Assembly: GCA_963758635.1 (NCBI GenBank)
Contig: CAVWWD010000003.1
Location: 896,001-960,000 of the forward strand
Length of the DNA stretch: 64,000 bases
From: an uncultured Candidatus Rokubacteria bacterium
GTDB taxonomy: Bacteria > Methylomirabilota > Methylomirabilia > Rokubacteriales > CSP1-6
Direction of reading: 5' to 3'
The notes under the pieces were generated by a model. The model was given only the letters and a program-made list of their open reading frames with translations. It ran no database searches and was not told the DNA's origin. Positions 1 to 10,195 of this stretch are shown piece by piece (position 1 is the first letter of the stretch; each line of letters starts with the position of its first letter). A program made the translations under genes and the position numbers.

Positions 1-55
1 CTTCGCCGTCCACATGCGCGCGTGTGTCGGAGCGGAGATCGACGATGTCGTGCAT
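1..55 (-). CDS. Possible 5' end of a low-specificity threonine aldolase-family gene (runs off window)
   Basis: ATG at 55 just after the bamD stop reads MHDIVDLRSDT; DLRSDT is the LtaE-family N-terminal motif. The following residues (RAHVDGE) deviate from the family. Confidence 0.4.
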   Translation of the reverse strand, partial: MHDIVDLRSDTRAHVDGE

Positions 56-62
56 CGGTGGG

Positions 63-842
63 CTACCTGGCCGCCGTCCGCAGGCGCTGCGCGGCCCGGC
101 GGCCCCATTCCGTGAACGGGTACTCGTCGCTGAGCCGCCGGAAGGCGTCCTGCGCTTCGCGCGGCCTCCCCTCGATCGCGTAGACCTCGCCGAGGCGGTA
201 GAGGGCCTCGGGGATCACGAGGGACCGCGGGTAGTCCTTCAGGAGCTGCTCGAGCCGCTGGCGCGCCGCGGTGGGAGTGCCCTGGTTGAAGTAGTAGGTG
301 GCGACCCACAGCTCCTTCTGCGCGAGACGGCCCTTGCAGACGTCGATCTTGGCCAGCGCGTCGGAGGCGTAGCGGCTGTCCGGATAGTCCCGCACGAGCT
401 TCGTGAAGGCCTCGATGGCGCGGACGGTGATCCCCTGGTCCTGCTCCACGGGCTTCATCTGATCGTAGTAGCTCATGGCGAGCCGGTACTGGACCAGGTC
501 GGCGATCTCGTGACGGGGGAAGAAGGCGAGGAACGCCTCGAACTCCTTGATGGCCTTGTCGAACTCACCGTCGCGATAGAAGGCCTCGCCGATCAGGAAG
601 CGCGCCCGCGGCGCGTAGTTCGACGTCGGGTGACGTTCGACGATCTTCTGGAAGTTGTAGCGCGCGTCCTCGTAGCGCCGCCGGTTCAGTTCGGTCTCCC
701 CGAGCTGGTAGAGGTCGGCGGCGGGCAGGAGGGGCTGGGGCTTGGGCTTGATGAAATCGGCGAGGCTCCCGAAGGACGAGCACCCTCCCAGGAGGAGCAC
801 CGCCATGAGGGCCAGAGGGATTCGTTGAAAGTACGTGCGCAT
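63..842 (-). CDS. bamD: Outer membrane protein assembly factor BamD (TPR lipoprotein)
   Basis: Lipobox LLGGC; TPR repeats; DQGIT..A..AF..LV..YPDSRYA.DA and LAQKELWVATYY motifs typical of BamD. Confidence 0.9.
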   Translation of the reverse strand: MRTYFQRIPLALMAVLLLGGCSSFGSLADFIKPKPQPLLPAADLYQLGETELNRRRYEDARYNFQKIVERHPTSNYAPRARFLIGEAFYRDGEFDKAIKEFEAFLAFFPRHEIADLVQYRLAMSYYDQMKPVEQDQGITVRAIEAFTKLVRDYPDSRYASDALAKIDVCKGRLAQKELWVATYYFNQGTPTAARQRLEQLLKDYPRSLVIPEALYRLGEVYAIEGRPREAQDAFRRLSDEYPFTEWGRRAAQRLRTAAR

Positions 843-1031
843 GCGACTGGGACGCGGTTTCACTTGGCCCATACTTGTAAGGGGAGACCCCAGGAAAGTC
901 AAGGAGGAGGGGGACCTTCCGGGGCCTCCCGCCGGCCCGGGCGCCGGTCCTCCGGGAGGCCTCGCCGGGCTGTCCCGGTCGGCCCGGCGGCCGACCCGGC
1001 CCCTGCTCCACGGGGCGTGCCCAGCCGTCGA

Positions 1032-1061
1032 TTGACACCCTGCTCGCCGCCTCCGTATGAT
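1032..1061 (+). promoter_or_regulatory. sigma70-like promoter TTGACA-N18-TATGAT
   Basis: Near-consensus hexamers about 40 nt upstream of AGGAGG/ATG 1103. Confidence 0.65.
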
Positions 1062-1102
1062 CCGCGCGTCTCTCTCGCGAGATCGACGACCAGGAGGCGC
1101 TC

Positions 1103-1714
1103 ATGGACCGGTGGAACGTAGGGATTCTCATCTTCGACGGGGTCGAGGTGCTGGACTTCGCGGGGCCGTTCGAGGTCTTCTCCCGGACCCGGCTCCACGC
1201 CGGGCCGGACTCCCGGCGGTCGGAGGAGGCCGCCCCGTTCTCGGTGTTCACCGTGGCCCGCTCCCGGGCGCCGATCAAGGCCACGGGCAACCTCGAGGTG
1301 GTCCCGCATCACGGGTTCGCCGACGCGCCCCGGATCGACCTCCTCCTGGTCCCCGGGGGCTTTGGCACCCGGGCCCTGGTCAACGACGCGGAGACCCTGG
1401 ACTGGATCCGCACGGTGGCCGCCTCCGCCCGCAAGACCACGTCTGTCTGCACCGGCTCGCTGCTCCTGGCCAAGGCCGGGCTCCTGCAGGGGCGCCGGGC
1501 CACCACCCACTGGGCGGCGCTGGATCTCCTGGACTCGCTCGGGGCCGGTGTGACGGTGGACCGGGAACAGCGGGTGATCGACGACGGGATCATCACGTCG
1601 GCCGGGGTGGCGTCCGGCATCGACATGGCGTTCTACGTGGTGGAGACGCTCTTCGGGAAGGCCGTCGCGGACGAGACGGCCCGCTACATCGAGTACCGGC
1701 GGATCGCGGCCTGA
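1103..1714 (+). CDS. DJ-1/PfpI family protein (isonitrile hydratase-like)
   Basis: EVLDFAGPFEVF, VPGG, SVCTGS nucleophile elbow, ATTHW, TSAGVASGID; AGGAGG RBS. Confidence 0.9.
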   Translation: MDRWNVGILIFDGVEVLDFAGPFEVFSRTRLHAGPDSRRSEEAAPFSVFTVARSRAPIKATGNLEVVPHHGFADAPRIDLLLVPGGFGTRALVNDAETLDWIRTVAASARKTTSVCTGSLLLAKAGLLQGRRATTHWAALDLLDSLGAGVTVDREQRVIDDGIITSAGVASGIDMAFYVVETLFGKAVADETARYIEYRRIAA

Positions 1715-1722
1715 AGGCCGGG

Positions 1723-1753
1723 CCGGGAGGGCCCGCATCGCGGGCCCTCCCGG
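1723..1753. terminator. 14-bp hairpin between convergent genes
   Basis: CCGGGAGGGCCCGC-ATC-GCGGGCCCTCCCGG. Confidence 0.6.
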
Positions 1754-1766
1754 ATCCGGAGCGAGC

Positions 1767-3951
1767 TCAGGACTTCTTCCGGACGAAGACGAAGTCGCCG
1801 CCGTCGTGGCCGGCGTACTTGATCGGCGCGTACTCGGGCGTCTGGCTGAAGCCGAGCCGCCGGGCCGCCGCGTAGAGACGCACCTGGAGCTCGCGGTACA
1901 CGTCGCGGCCCAGCATCATCCCGGGGTTGGCGCGGAGCACCTCGAGGAAGCTGCCGGCGAACACCGACGGCTGCGCCCCCGCACCCTCGGCCACCGGCTG
2001 GAGCCCTCCGGACGTCATCACCATGCGCGCCCGCTTCGCGGACAGGCTCTGGATCGCCCGCGCCACGTCGTCGTCCTTCGACGCCGGCTCCAGCCTGCCG
2101 CTCGCCGAGCGTGACAGCCGCGCGGCGTACGGGGAGTCCGACACCACCAGGAGCTGACGGGCCGACATCACGTTCAGGACGTCGCTGAGCTGGGTGTCGG
2201 AGATCCACGTGCCCGGCTCGCCGGGGCGCGCGTCGGCGGGCAGCCAGTGCGCGCGCTGGTTCTTCTGGTCCAGCTCCCCGCGGCCCGCGAAGTAGATCAG
2301 GAGGTTGTCCTTGGTCCCGAGGCGCTCGCGGAGGTCGTTCAGCTCGCTCATGATCTGGGTCCGGCTGGCGTTCGTGACGGTCCGGACGTTGAACCCGTAG
2401 TCCTGGCGGAGCGCGCGCGACACGGCTTCCGCGTCGCGCACCGGGCTCTCGAGCCGGCTCATGCGCGAGTACTCGCTCACCCCGATGACCAGCGCGTGGT
2501 AGTTGCCGGTGACCGAGACGGGCGGGCCGCCGCCTGGCTTGTCGCCGCGCGACGCGATCAGCTGCACCCGGGCCGGCACCCCGAGCTCGACCGAGGTCCG
2601 ACGCTTGCTGGAGTCGAGCGCGACCAGCCGCACGCGGTCCTCGCGGGCGTCGCGCACCGTCAGCTCCGCGCGGAACCGTGTGTCGGTGGGCGTGGTGTCG
2701 GCGAGTTGCTCGACGCCGTTGATCGTGAAGGACTTGATCGCGGTGGGGGACGCCACGCGGCCGACCACGAGCAGCGTGTGCGTCCCGGCCTTCGCGGCCG
2801 AGGCGTCCGAGCCCGACGCCTGCACCACCGGCGGGTCCACGAGCTGGACGTTGATCAGCTCGATCTCCGGGCCCGACGGGTCGCGCTCCCACTTCAGGGG
2901 CTCGAGCCCGGCGCGCTGCGCCCGGGCCTCGGACTCGGTGCGGGCCAGCTTGGTCCGGGTCTCCTGGACGGCGACCTCGGCGGCGGGCTTCGCCGCGGGC
3001 TCCGAAGCCTGGAGCTTGGACACCCGCTCCTTCAGCGCCGCCGCTTCCTTCTCCTTGGCCTGCAACCGGCTCTCCCGCTCCTGGATGGTCTTGCGCAGAG
3101 CCTCATGGGCGGCCGTCTGGGTGCGGTCCTTCTGCTCCAGGGCCTGGAGCTCCCGGCGGAGCTCCGCGACCTCGGTCCGCGCGGCCTGCACGTCGCCCTC
3201 CTGCTGGGACATGGAGGCGCGCAGGCTGTCGATCTCGCGCTGGGCCGCGCTCAGCTCTCCGCGCCGCGTGTCGAGCTCCTTCCTGTACTGCTCGACCTCG
3301 CCCTCGAGCTGGGCCAGGCGGTTGCTGTCGGCCGCATCGGGGGTGATCTCGTAGGTCAGCTCGCTGAGCCCCGACGCCTTGCGGTACCAGTTGAGGGCCT
3401 CGCGCTGGTCCTTCTGGACTCCGAGACCGCGCTCGTAGAGGCTCCCCAGGTTGATGGCGGCGGCGGAGAAGTTCTGCTCGGCCGCCTTCCTGTACCACTC
3501 GGCGGCGGCGGCATAGTCCGGGGCCGTCCCGAGCCCCTTCTCGTAGATCTCGCCCACGTAGGTCTGGGCCTTCGGGTCGCCCTGCTTGGCCGACTCGAGC
3601 CACACCTTCAGGGCGGTGGCGTAGTTGGCCCGGTCGTAGCTCACGTACTCACCGCCGCGGATCTCGCAGTCCCGCGTGCTGGTCTTGAGGGGGCGGCGGG
3701 GGCCCAGGAAGGTCATCTTGCCGCCGAGACGCCGGATCTGGCCCGGGAGGAGGCAATCGACCACCAGGAAGTCCTCGGCCTTGGCTGGCGGCCTCGGGGG
3801 TCTTCGGGGCAGTCGACGGGGGAGGGGCCTGGGCGATCGCGGTGGAGCCGGTGAAGCCGGCGGCGAGGAGGGCCAAGGCCCCCGCAGCGCTTACCCCGAT
3901 CCATGGAAACCGGCGGACTCTTCCAGGGCGACGGCGGGAGTGAGGTCTCAT
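1767..3951 (-). CDS. Exported Sel1-repeat / coiled-coil / caspase-like (C14) protein with catalytic dyad substituted; frameshift near 3785
   Basis: Signal peptide from ATG 3951 joins the VVDCLLPGQIR frame near 3785. Sel1 repeats (AQTYVGEIYEKGLG, AAINLGSLYERGLG), long heptad region, YHALVIG..Y..L..PV.DA caspase start; YFAGRG and SDSPYA where HG and DxC are expected. Confidence 0.8.
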
Positions 3952-4069
3952 GGCTTCCCCCGGGGAACGGCGTTCGATGGCTACAGTGGCACTACCGTAC
4001 GAGCGGGGGTCCCGCCGTGTCAAGCCACCGGCGGGGATGCTCGTGGCGGGCTGCGGCTGGCTCGAGGGT

Positions 4070-5556
4070 CTAGAACTCCATGCGGAAGCCGGCCGTGAAC
4101 TGGTGGTGCGTGATCCGCTTGAGCCCCAGGGCCGTCTCGTAGTTGAAGAAGGCGCCGATGCCCCGGCCCAGGAGGACCGAGAGACCTGCGCCAAGGGCGA
4201 AATAGTCCCGGTCGGGCTCGTCCGTGGGCACCGAGAAGAACGTGTTGCGTCACGTCGTGGATGTACCGCGCCTTGATGTTGCGGCTATCGTCTTCGAACT
4301 CATGACGCCACTCGCCCGAGATCTGTGGCACGAACACCCCGAACCCCGTGCTGATCGCGTACGCGAGGCGCCCGCCCAGCGCGCTCTGAACGGAGAGGAT
4401 GTCCTGCTTCTTGACCTGCAGATCGAGACCGGACGCGCCGTTTTCGCGATACCCGTCGATCTCCAGGTAGAGCGTCTCGATCCTGAGGGTCGGCGTGATC
4501 GTGAGCGCGCCGATCGGGAAGTCGTACCCCATGCCGACGTTGAAGGAGAACTGGTAGCCGTCGGTATCGCCCTTCGCGGTGCGGTCCACCACAAGCGGCA
4601 CTGTGCAGGCGTCCCCTTGCCGGCACCAGACATGCGGTGCCCGCCGCATGTAGCCGGCGGTATACGGATGCGGCGGTTCGTGTCGTACGTGTTCCAGGCG
4701 AATCCGACAGCGCCGTCGATGTAGAAGCGGCCGGGGGAGTAGGTCGCGTAGGCGGTGAGGCCGTAGCTACGTGAGTCGGTGTCACCGAGTCCCGCGTTGA
4801 ACTCCGCGTGGCCGCCGACGAACGTGAACGCGAGACCGCCGATGAAGGCGTCGGTGAAGCGATAGTCGGCGCCCAGGGTGACGCCTCCGTCGTGGAAGTC
4901 GAATCCCGGCTCGCGGTCGGAGTCGTCCCGGCTGCCAAAGCTGCCGTGGCCGTTCACGAACACGCCCAGACGGCTCAGACCGGCGCCGTTGGACGCGTCA
5001 CCCAGGAGCTCGCTCCAGTCGCCGACTGGTCCAGGGTGAGGGCGGCCCCGCCGAGCTGGAGGCCGCTGACGCGGACGCCGGTAGCGCCCGGCGCGCACCG
5101 CGGCGAGCCGGGCGCCGATGGTGCCCGAGAACGACCGGGCCCGCCGCTGGTCGTGCCTTGGCTGATGGCCTCGTCCGGGCGTCAGCGCCGAGCAGGACAG
5201 CCTGGTACGGCCGCTGAGGCTCAGGCCCAGAGAGTTCGGCCCTGGGACCGAGTTCGCGATTGGCTGACACGCGTTGGACCGCATCTCCGAGCAGCGGTCG
5301 AACAGGTCTTTCTGCAGCGGGTCTGCAGGCCGGAGCCGTTCGCTGCCGCCGCCGAAGTCACGAGCTCGGGCAAACGACGTCGATGGCCGCGCCCATGCGG
5401 AGCGCGGTGTCGGGTCGAGGCCAGGCACGGTGGCGATCGTTGGCTGGTACTCGGCGGAGCACTCTGAGCGAACACCGCGACCGGACATAGGCCGAGGATG
5501 ATTGCGAAGGTCAGCACTGTCCCGACCCACCAGGCGCCTCGCCGAATGCAACGCAT
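4070..5556 (-). CDS. Autotransporter beta-barrel domain protein with short passenger (multiple frameshifts)
   Basis: GGAGGT RBS plus signal peptide at 5556; RLGVFVNG...GVTLGADYRF...FNVGMGYDF...EWRHEF; C-terminal FTAGFRMEF* ends in Phe. The pieces lie in different frames. Confidence 0.75.
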
Positions 5557-5694
5557 AGTGACCTCCGTGACTCGTGTCGGGAGTGAACCCAGGTTCAGAA
5601 GCGCGGCAAGTCTACAGCAACGGAACATCGGGTGCCAACAAATTTGGCACGTCCCAGGCCGCGCCGGCGTCCAGAGTCTGCGGCGGTCGGAGGG

Positions 5695-6663
5695 TCAGTC
5701 GAGCAGGCCGATCTCGCGGTACCGGGGCTCCACCCGGGCGGTGAGGAGCCCCAGCCGCTGCAGGCGGGGGATCAGGACCTCGGTGAACAGGAACCGGTTG
5801 AACGCCTTCGCGGTCTGGGAGTTCTTGATGGTATCCCGGTGGATCGCCTCACCGTCCCAGCCCATCTCCTCCCACACGGTGCTGGATCGAGCGGAAGCCG
5901 GTCCGCTCGTCGCGCCCGTACATGGCGTCGCAGGTGCGGAGCGCGAAGTCCTCCAGGTAGTCCCGCCGTCCTCCGTCCATCGTGGGCAGCGTGCGGCGCA
6001 GGGCGAAGTAGCCGAAGTTCACGTGACGGCCCTCGTCCTGGAGCACGTAGTCGAGAGACGTCGCGCGAGCGTGGAGTCCTGGGTCTGCTTGTGCATCAGG
6101 TTGAACGCGGCGATGGCCAGCCCCTCGATGAGCATCTGCATGCCGAGGAGCTTCACCTCCCACATCTCGGACGAGAGGATCTCGTCGATCAGGCCCTTGA
6201 GCAGCGGGTCGACGGGATAGATCTTGTGGAGCTTCTTCACGTACCGCTCGAAGACTTCGACGTGCCGGCCCTCGTCCATCACCTGCGTGGACGCGTAGAG
6301 CTTGCAGTCGAGCTCGGGCACGGGGTTGACGAGCTGGCTGGCCACGAGGAGCGCGCCCTGCTCGCCGTGCAGGAACTGCGACAGGCGCCACGCCGAGACG
6401 CGGATCTCCACCTCCTTCCGCTCCTCCTCGCTGAGGCGCGGGAAGAACTCGGTGCCCTGGAAGGCCATGTGCACGTTCAGCACCGGCCCCTCCTTGCCGA
6501 TGGCGCGGCTCCAGTCCACGTCCGTCGAGCCGTTCCACTGGTTCTTCTTGGCCGTCTCGTAGAGCGACTCGAGCTCCTGGTGGGTGGGCTCGTAGTCGAA
6601 GTCCCACAGGGTGTCGAGCTGGTAGGACACTCGACGGGCGGCGGCGGCGTTCACGGTGGTCAT
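5695..6663 (-). CDS. Ferritin-like diiron protein (AurF-like); frameshifts near 6055 and 5880
   Basis: SQFLHGEQGAL, QVMDEGRHVEVF, IEGLAIAAF and DEGRHVNFG give two ExxH ligand sets. Confidence 0.8.
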
Positions 6664-6701
6664 GAGGGCGCTCCTGGTCACGGTTGCGTTTCGGCACTCG
6701 C

Positions 6702-6731
6702 AGCCTACGCGGCCCAGGCGATCCGGGTCAA
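6702..6731 (-). promoter_or_regulatory. sigma70-like promoter TTGACC-N18-TAGGCT
   Basis: About 40 nt upstream of ATG 6663. Confidence 0.5.
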
Positions 6732-6758
6732 CCGCGCTCGCGCGCTGCCAACACGCCC

Positions 6759-6787
6759 TTGACACTGCAGGGCCCGGGGCTTAGATT
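6759..6787 (+). promoter_or_regulatory. sigma70-like promoter TTGACA-N17-TAGATT
   Basis: Upstream of the ABC operon, back-to-back with the 6731 promoter. Confidence 0.5.
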
Positions 6788-6961
6788 CGGAGTGCCTTCC
6801 GGCCGGCGCATCGCCTCCGGAAGGCGTTGCATGCCTCCGATTCCGCACGAGGACAGACGCTTCGCGCTGCACGTCCACCTCGCTCTCGCCGCCGGGACGC
6901 GGGTCTGGACAGGTGTCTCATTTCCTCGATCCCCGATCTCACTCGTACCCGGGAGGTGCCC

Positions 6962-8236
6962 ATGGCTGTCGTGACGCGCCGCCGCTTCCTCACCACGTCC
7001 GCCGGTCTCGCCGGCATCCTCGCCGCGGGTGTCCCGCCCGCCCGAGGCCAGCAGCGCGAGATCTCGTACCTGTGCTGGAACAACTTCGCCCCCGCCTCGG
7101 ACAAGAAGCTCGCCGAGATCGGGCAACGCTTCACCAAGGACACCGGCATCAAGCTCAAGATCGACCACATCTCGCACATGGGCCCGCAGCAGGCGAAGTA
7201 CGCGGCCGAGGTGCAGACGCAAGCCGGTCACGACCTGGTCGAGATGCGGATGCACTTCCCGTGGCTCTACGAGACCCAGCTCGTCGACGTCTCGGACGTC
7301 GTCGCCGGGCTCGAGAAGCAGTACGGCAAGGCGCTGTCCTCCGGCTACGAGGGCGCGCACGTCCACGGCGTCTGGCGCGCGGCGCCGCAGTATCACGGCA
7401 TGTTCGTCTGCACGTACCGCGAGGACCTCTTCAAGAAGGCCGGCCTCAAGGTGCCCGACACCTGGGAGGATCTCTACACCGTCGGCAAGGAGCTGAAGAA
7501 GATGGGGAACCCGGTAGGGATCCCCATCTCCCAGAACTACGACTCGATCTCCACCGCCGGTCCCGTCCTGTGGTCGTTCGGGGGCATGGAGGTGGACAAG
7601 GACGGCAAGACCGTGCGCATCAACTCGCCGGCCACCGCCCAGACGATCGAGTGGTACAAGAAGATGTACAAGGACTGCATGGAGCCCGAGGTCCTGTCGT
7701 GGTCCGACGCCAGCAACAACGAGTCGATCCAGCAGGGCAAGGCAAGCTGGGTCCACAACCCGGTGTCGGCCTACATCGTGGCCAAGCAGCGCAAGCTGGT
7801 CACCGCCGACGGCATCAACCACCACCGGAGCCTCGGCGGCCCCGCCGGACGGCACGAGACGGACACGCCGCGGCACATCGGCATCTGGAAGTTCTCGAAG
7901 AACGTCGAGGCCTCGAAGGAGTGGATCCGGTACCTGCTCGGCAAGCGCGAGGTCTACGACGAGTACATCATGGCGGGGGACGCGTTCAACCTGCCCGCCT
8001 ACGAGAAGCTCCAGGACCACCCGGTGCTGCGCTCGGACCCGAAGTACGCCGCGCTCAGGGGCGAGGGCATCCAGTACCACACCTACGGCTGGCCCGCGCC
8101 CGCGTCCGACAAGGTGCAGCTCATCACCAACACGTATCTCCTGCCCAACATGATCGCGAAGGCGGTCACGGGCACCTCGACCAAGGACGCCATGGCCTGG
8201 GCCGAGAACGAGATGAAGAAGATCATTGCTGGTTGA
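6962..8236 (+). CDS. ABC transporter substrate-binding protein (carbohydrate type, SBP_bac_1), Tat-exported
   Basis: GGAGG RBS; TRRRFL twin-arginine signal; YREDLFKKAGLKVPDTWEDL motif. Confidence 0.88.
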   Translation: MAVVTRRRFLTTSAGLAGILAAGVPPARGQQREISYLCWNNFAPASDKKLAEIGQRFTKDTGIKLKIDHISHMGPQQAKYAAEVQTQAGHDLVEMRMHFPWLYETQLVDVSDVVAGLEKQYGKALSSGYEGAHVHGVWRAAPQYHGMFVCTYREDLFKKAGLKVPDTWEDLYTVGKELKKMGNPVGIPISQNYDSISTAGPVLWSFGGMEVDKDGKTVRINSPATAQTIEWYKKMYKDCMEPEVLSWSDASNNESIQQGKASWVHNPVSAYIVAKQRKLVTADGINHHRSLGGPAGRHETDTPRHIGIWKFSKNVEASKEWIRYLLGKREVYDEYIMAGDAFNLPAYEKLQDHPVLRSDPKYAALRGEGIQYHTYGWPAPASDKVQLITNTYLLPNMIAKAVTGTSTKDAMAWAENEMKKIIAG

Positions 8237-8239
8237 TTT

Positions 8240-8295
8240 GCGAGCCGAGCCGAAGGCGAGGCGAGCGCATATGGAAATGCAGTGGAAACGACCGC
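8240..8295 (+). repeat. Dispersed repeat family A, copy 1 (partial)
   Basis: GAGCCGAAGGCGAG...ATATGGAAATGCAGTGGAAACGACCGC matches 16969-17027 and the reverse complement of 54178-54267. Confidence 0.7.
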
Positions 8296-8376
8296 GGCGG
8301 GTTGTCCGCCAAGGGACGTGGGACAGGTCGCGGCGGGTTGTCCGCGAACGGACGTGGAGCAGTCCGCGGCGGGTTG
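8293..8376 (+). repeat. 36-nt tandem repeat, about 2.3 units
   Basis: CGCGGCGGGTTG at 8293, 8329 and 8365; the intervening sequences also resemble each other. Confidence 0.85.
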
Positions 8377-8380
8377 ACTG

Positions 8381-9322
8381 ATGGCGGTTCGAGCCGACGA
8401 GGTCATGGCCACCCGCCCGCGCCCGGGCGTCGTCGCCCGGGTGCGCGCGTCGCTCGACCGCGAGACCGTGCTGGGACCGGCGTTCGTCACGCCGGCCCTG
8501 CTGCTGCTCCTCCTGCTCGTCGCGTATCCGTTCGTGGTCGCGCTCTACTTCGCGCTCTCGAACTCCTTCATCGGGCGGCCCAGCGAGTTCATCGGCATCC
8601 GGAACTTCGTGAAGCTCTGGGAGAGCGACGCCTTCCGCCAGACCTTCCAGAACGCGTTCGTGTTCACCGGCATCGCGGTGGCCTTCAAGGTCGTCCTGGG
8701 CATCGCGCTGGCCCTGCTCCTGAACGAGCAGCTCTGGTTCAAGCGCATGATCCGGGGCGCGGTGCTGCTGCCCTGGGTCATCCCCACCGCGCTGTCCACG
8801 CTCGGCTGGTGGTGGATGTTCAACTCGCTCTACAGCGTCGTGAACTGGACGGGCATCGCGCTCGGCATCATGGACCCGCCGGGGCCCAACTGGCTCGGCC
8901 AGAAGGCCTACGCGATGGCGGCGGTGGTCACCGTGAACGTGTGGCGGGGGCTGCCGTTCTTCGCCATCACCATCCTCGCCGGGCTCACCGCCATTCCGAA
9001 GGAGCTCTACGAGGCGGCGGAGGCCGACGGGGCGGGGACGGCCTCCCGCTTCTGGCACATCACGCTGCCCCTGCTCAAGCCGGTGCTGGCGGTGGTGGTG
9101 CTCTTCTCCACCATCCTCACCTTCGGCGACTTCAACATCGTGTACGTGCTGACGCACGGCGGGCCCATCAACTCGACCCACCTCTTCGCCACGCTGTCAC
9201 GCCAGGTCGGGATCGACACGGGGCGGATCGGGGAGGGCGCGGCGATCTCGCTGTACCTCTTCCCGCTGCTGGTCTTCGTGGTGTGGGCGCAGCTCCGCTT
9301 CGTGCGGAAGCAGGAATATTGA
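8381..9322 (+). CDS. Carbohydrate ABC transporter permease (MalF/UgpA-like)
   Basis: Multiple TM helices; EAA loop IPKELYEAAEADGA. Confidence 0.92.
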   Translation: MAVRADEVMATRPRPGVVARVRASLDRETVLGPAFVTPALLLLLLLVAYPFVVALYFALSNSFIGRPSEFIGIRNFVKLWESDAFRQTFQNAFVFTGIAVAFKVVLGIALALLLNEQLWFKRMIRGAVLLPWVIPTALSTLGWWWMFNSLYSVVNWTGIALGIMDPPGPNWLGQKAYAMAAVVTVNVWRGLPFFAITILAGLTAIPKELYEAAEADGAGTASRFWHITLPLLKPVLAVVVLFSTILTFGDFNIVYVLTHGGPINSTHLFATLSRQVGIDTGRIGEGAAISLYLFPLLVFVVWAQLRFVRKQEY

Positions 9323-9332
9323 GGCGACGCGC

Positions 9333-10178
9333 ATGACCGTCGAGCGGCGGCCCCTCGCGGCCAAGATCGGCAAGCACCTGCTGCTCGCGCCGTTCCTGGT
9401 GTTCGCGCTGTTCCCCTTCTATCACATGACGCTCACGTCGCTGAAGCAGGACCGCGAGCTCTACGACCGGCACGCGGTGCCGCTCGTCATCCGCCAGGGG
9501 CCCACGCTCGAGCACTACAAGAAGCTCATCTGGGACACCGAGTTCCTGACCTGGACGAAGAACAGCCTGCTCGTGACGGGGCTGTCCACGGCAGTGTCGG
9601 TGGTGATCGGCACCATGGCGGCCTACGCGCTGGCCCGGCTCAAGTTCTTCGGGGTGGGCACCTTCGGCACGGGCATCTTCGTGACGTACCTGGTGCCGAC
9701 CTCGCTCCTGTTCCTGCCGCTCGCCCAGATCGTGAACTGGATCGGCCTCGCCGACTCGAAATGGGCCCTCGTCCTGACCTATCCCACGTTCCTCGTGCCG
9801 TTCTGCACGTGGCTCCTCATGGGCTACTTCCGGACCGTGCCCAAGGAGGTCGAGGAGTGCGCGATGGTGGACGGCGCCACGCGCATCCAGGCGCTGTGGC
9901 GGATCGTCCTGCCGATCGCGGTGCCGGGGCTCGTCTGCGCGGCCCTCTTCGCGTTCACGCTGTCGTGGAACGAGTTCATCTACGCGCTCACGTTCACGTC
10001 GTCGTCGGAGCAGATCACGGCGAGCGTCGGCGTCACCACGGAGCTGATCCGCGGCGACATCTACTTCTGGGGCTCGCTGATGGCCGGCGCGGTGCTGGGC
10101 TCCGTCCCGATCGTCATCCTCTACGTCCTGTTCCTCGACTACTACGTCTCCGGCCTCACCGCCGGCGCCATCAAGTAA
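9333..10178 (+). CDS. Carbohydrate ABC transporter permease (MalG/UgpE-like)
   Basis: VPKEVEECAMVDGA EAA loop; SWNEF; C-terminal GLTAGAIK. Confidence 0.92.
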   Translation: MTVERRPLAAKIGKHLLLAPFLVFALFPFYHMTLTSLKQDRELYDRHAVPLVIRQGPTLEHYKKLIWDTEFLTWTKNSLLVTGLSTAVSVVIGTMAAYALARLKFFGVGTFGTGIFVTYLVPTSLLFLPLAQIVNWIGLADSKWALVLTYPTFLVPFCTWLLMGYFRTVPKEVEECAMVDGATRIQALWRIVLPIAVPGLVCAALFAFTLSWNEFIYALTFTSSSEQITASVGVTTELIRGDIYFWGSLMAGAVLGSVPIVILYVLFLDYYVSGLTAGAIK

Positions 10179-10195
10179 AGACCAGCGCACCGACG

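Noticed and set aside
8293..8376. CRISPR array
   Set aside because: Only 2.3 units, the would-be spacers resemble each other, and no cas genes are present.
6728..9336. Long antisense and alternate-frame ORFs (807-817 aa) and similar ones across the window
   Set aside because: Arg/Gly/Pro-rich shadow ORFs expected at this GC content; they overlap well-supported genes.
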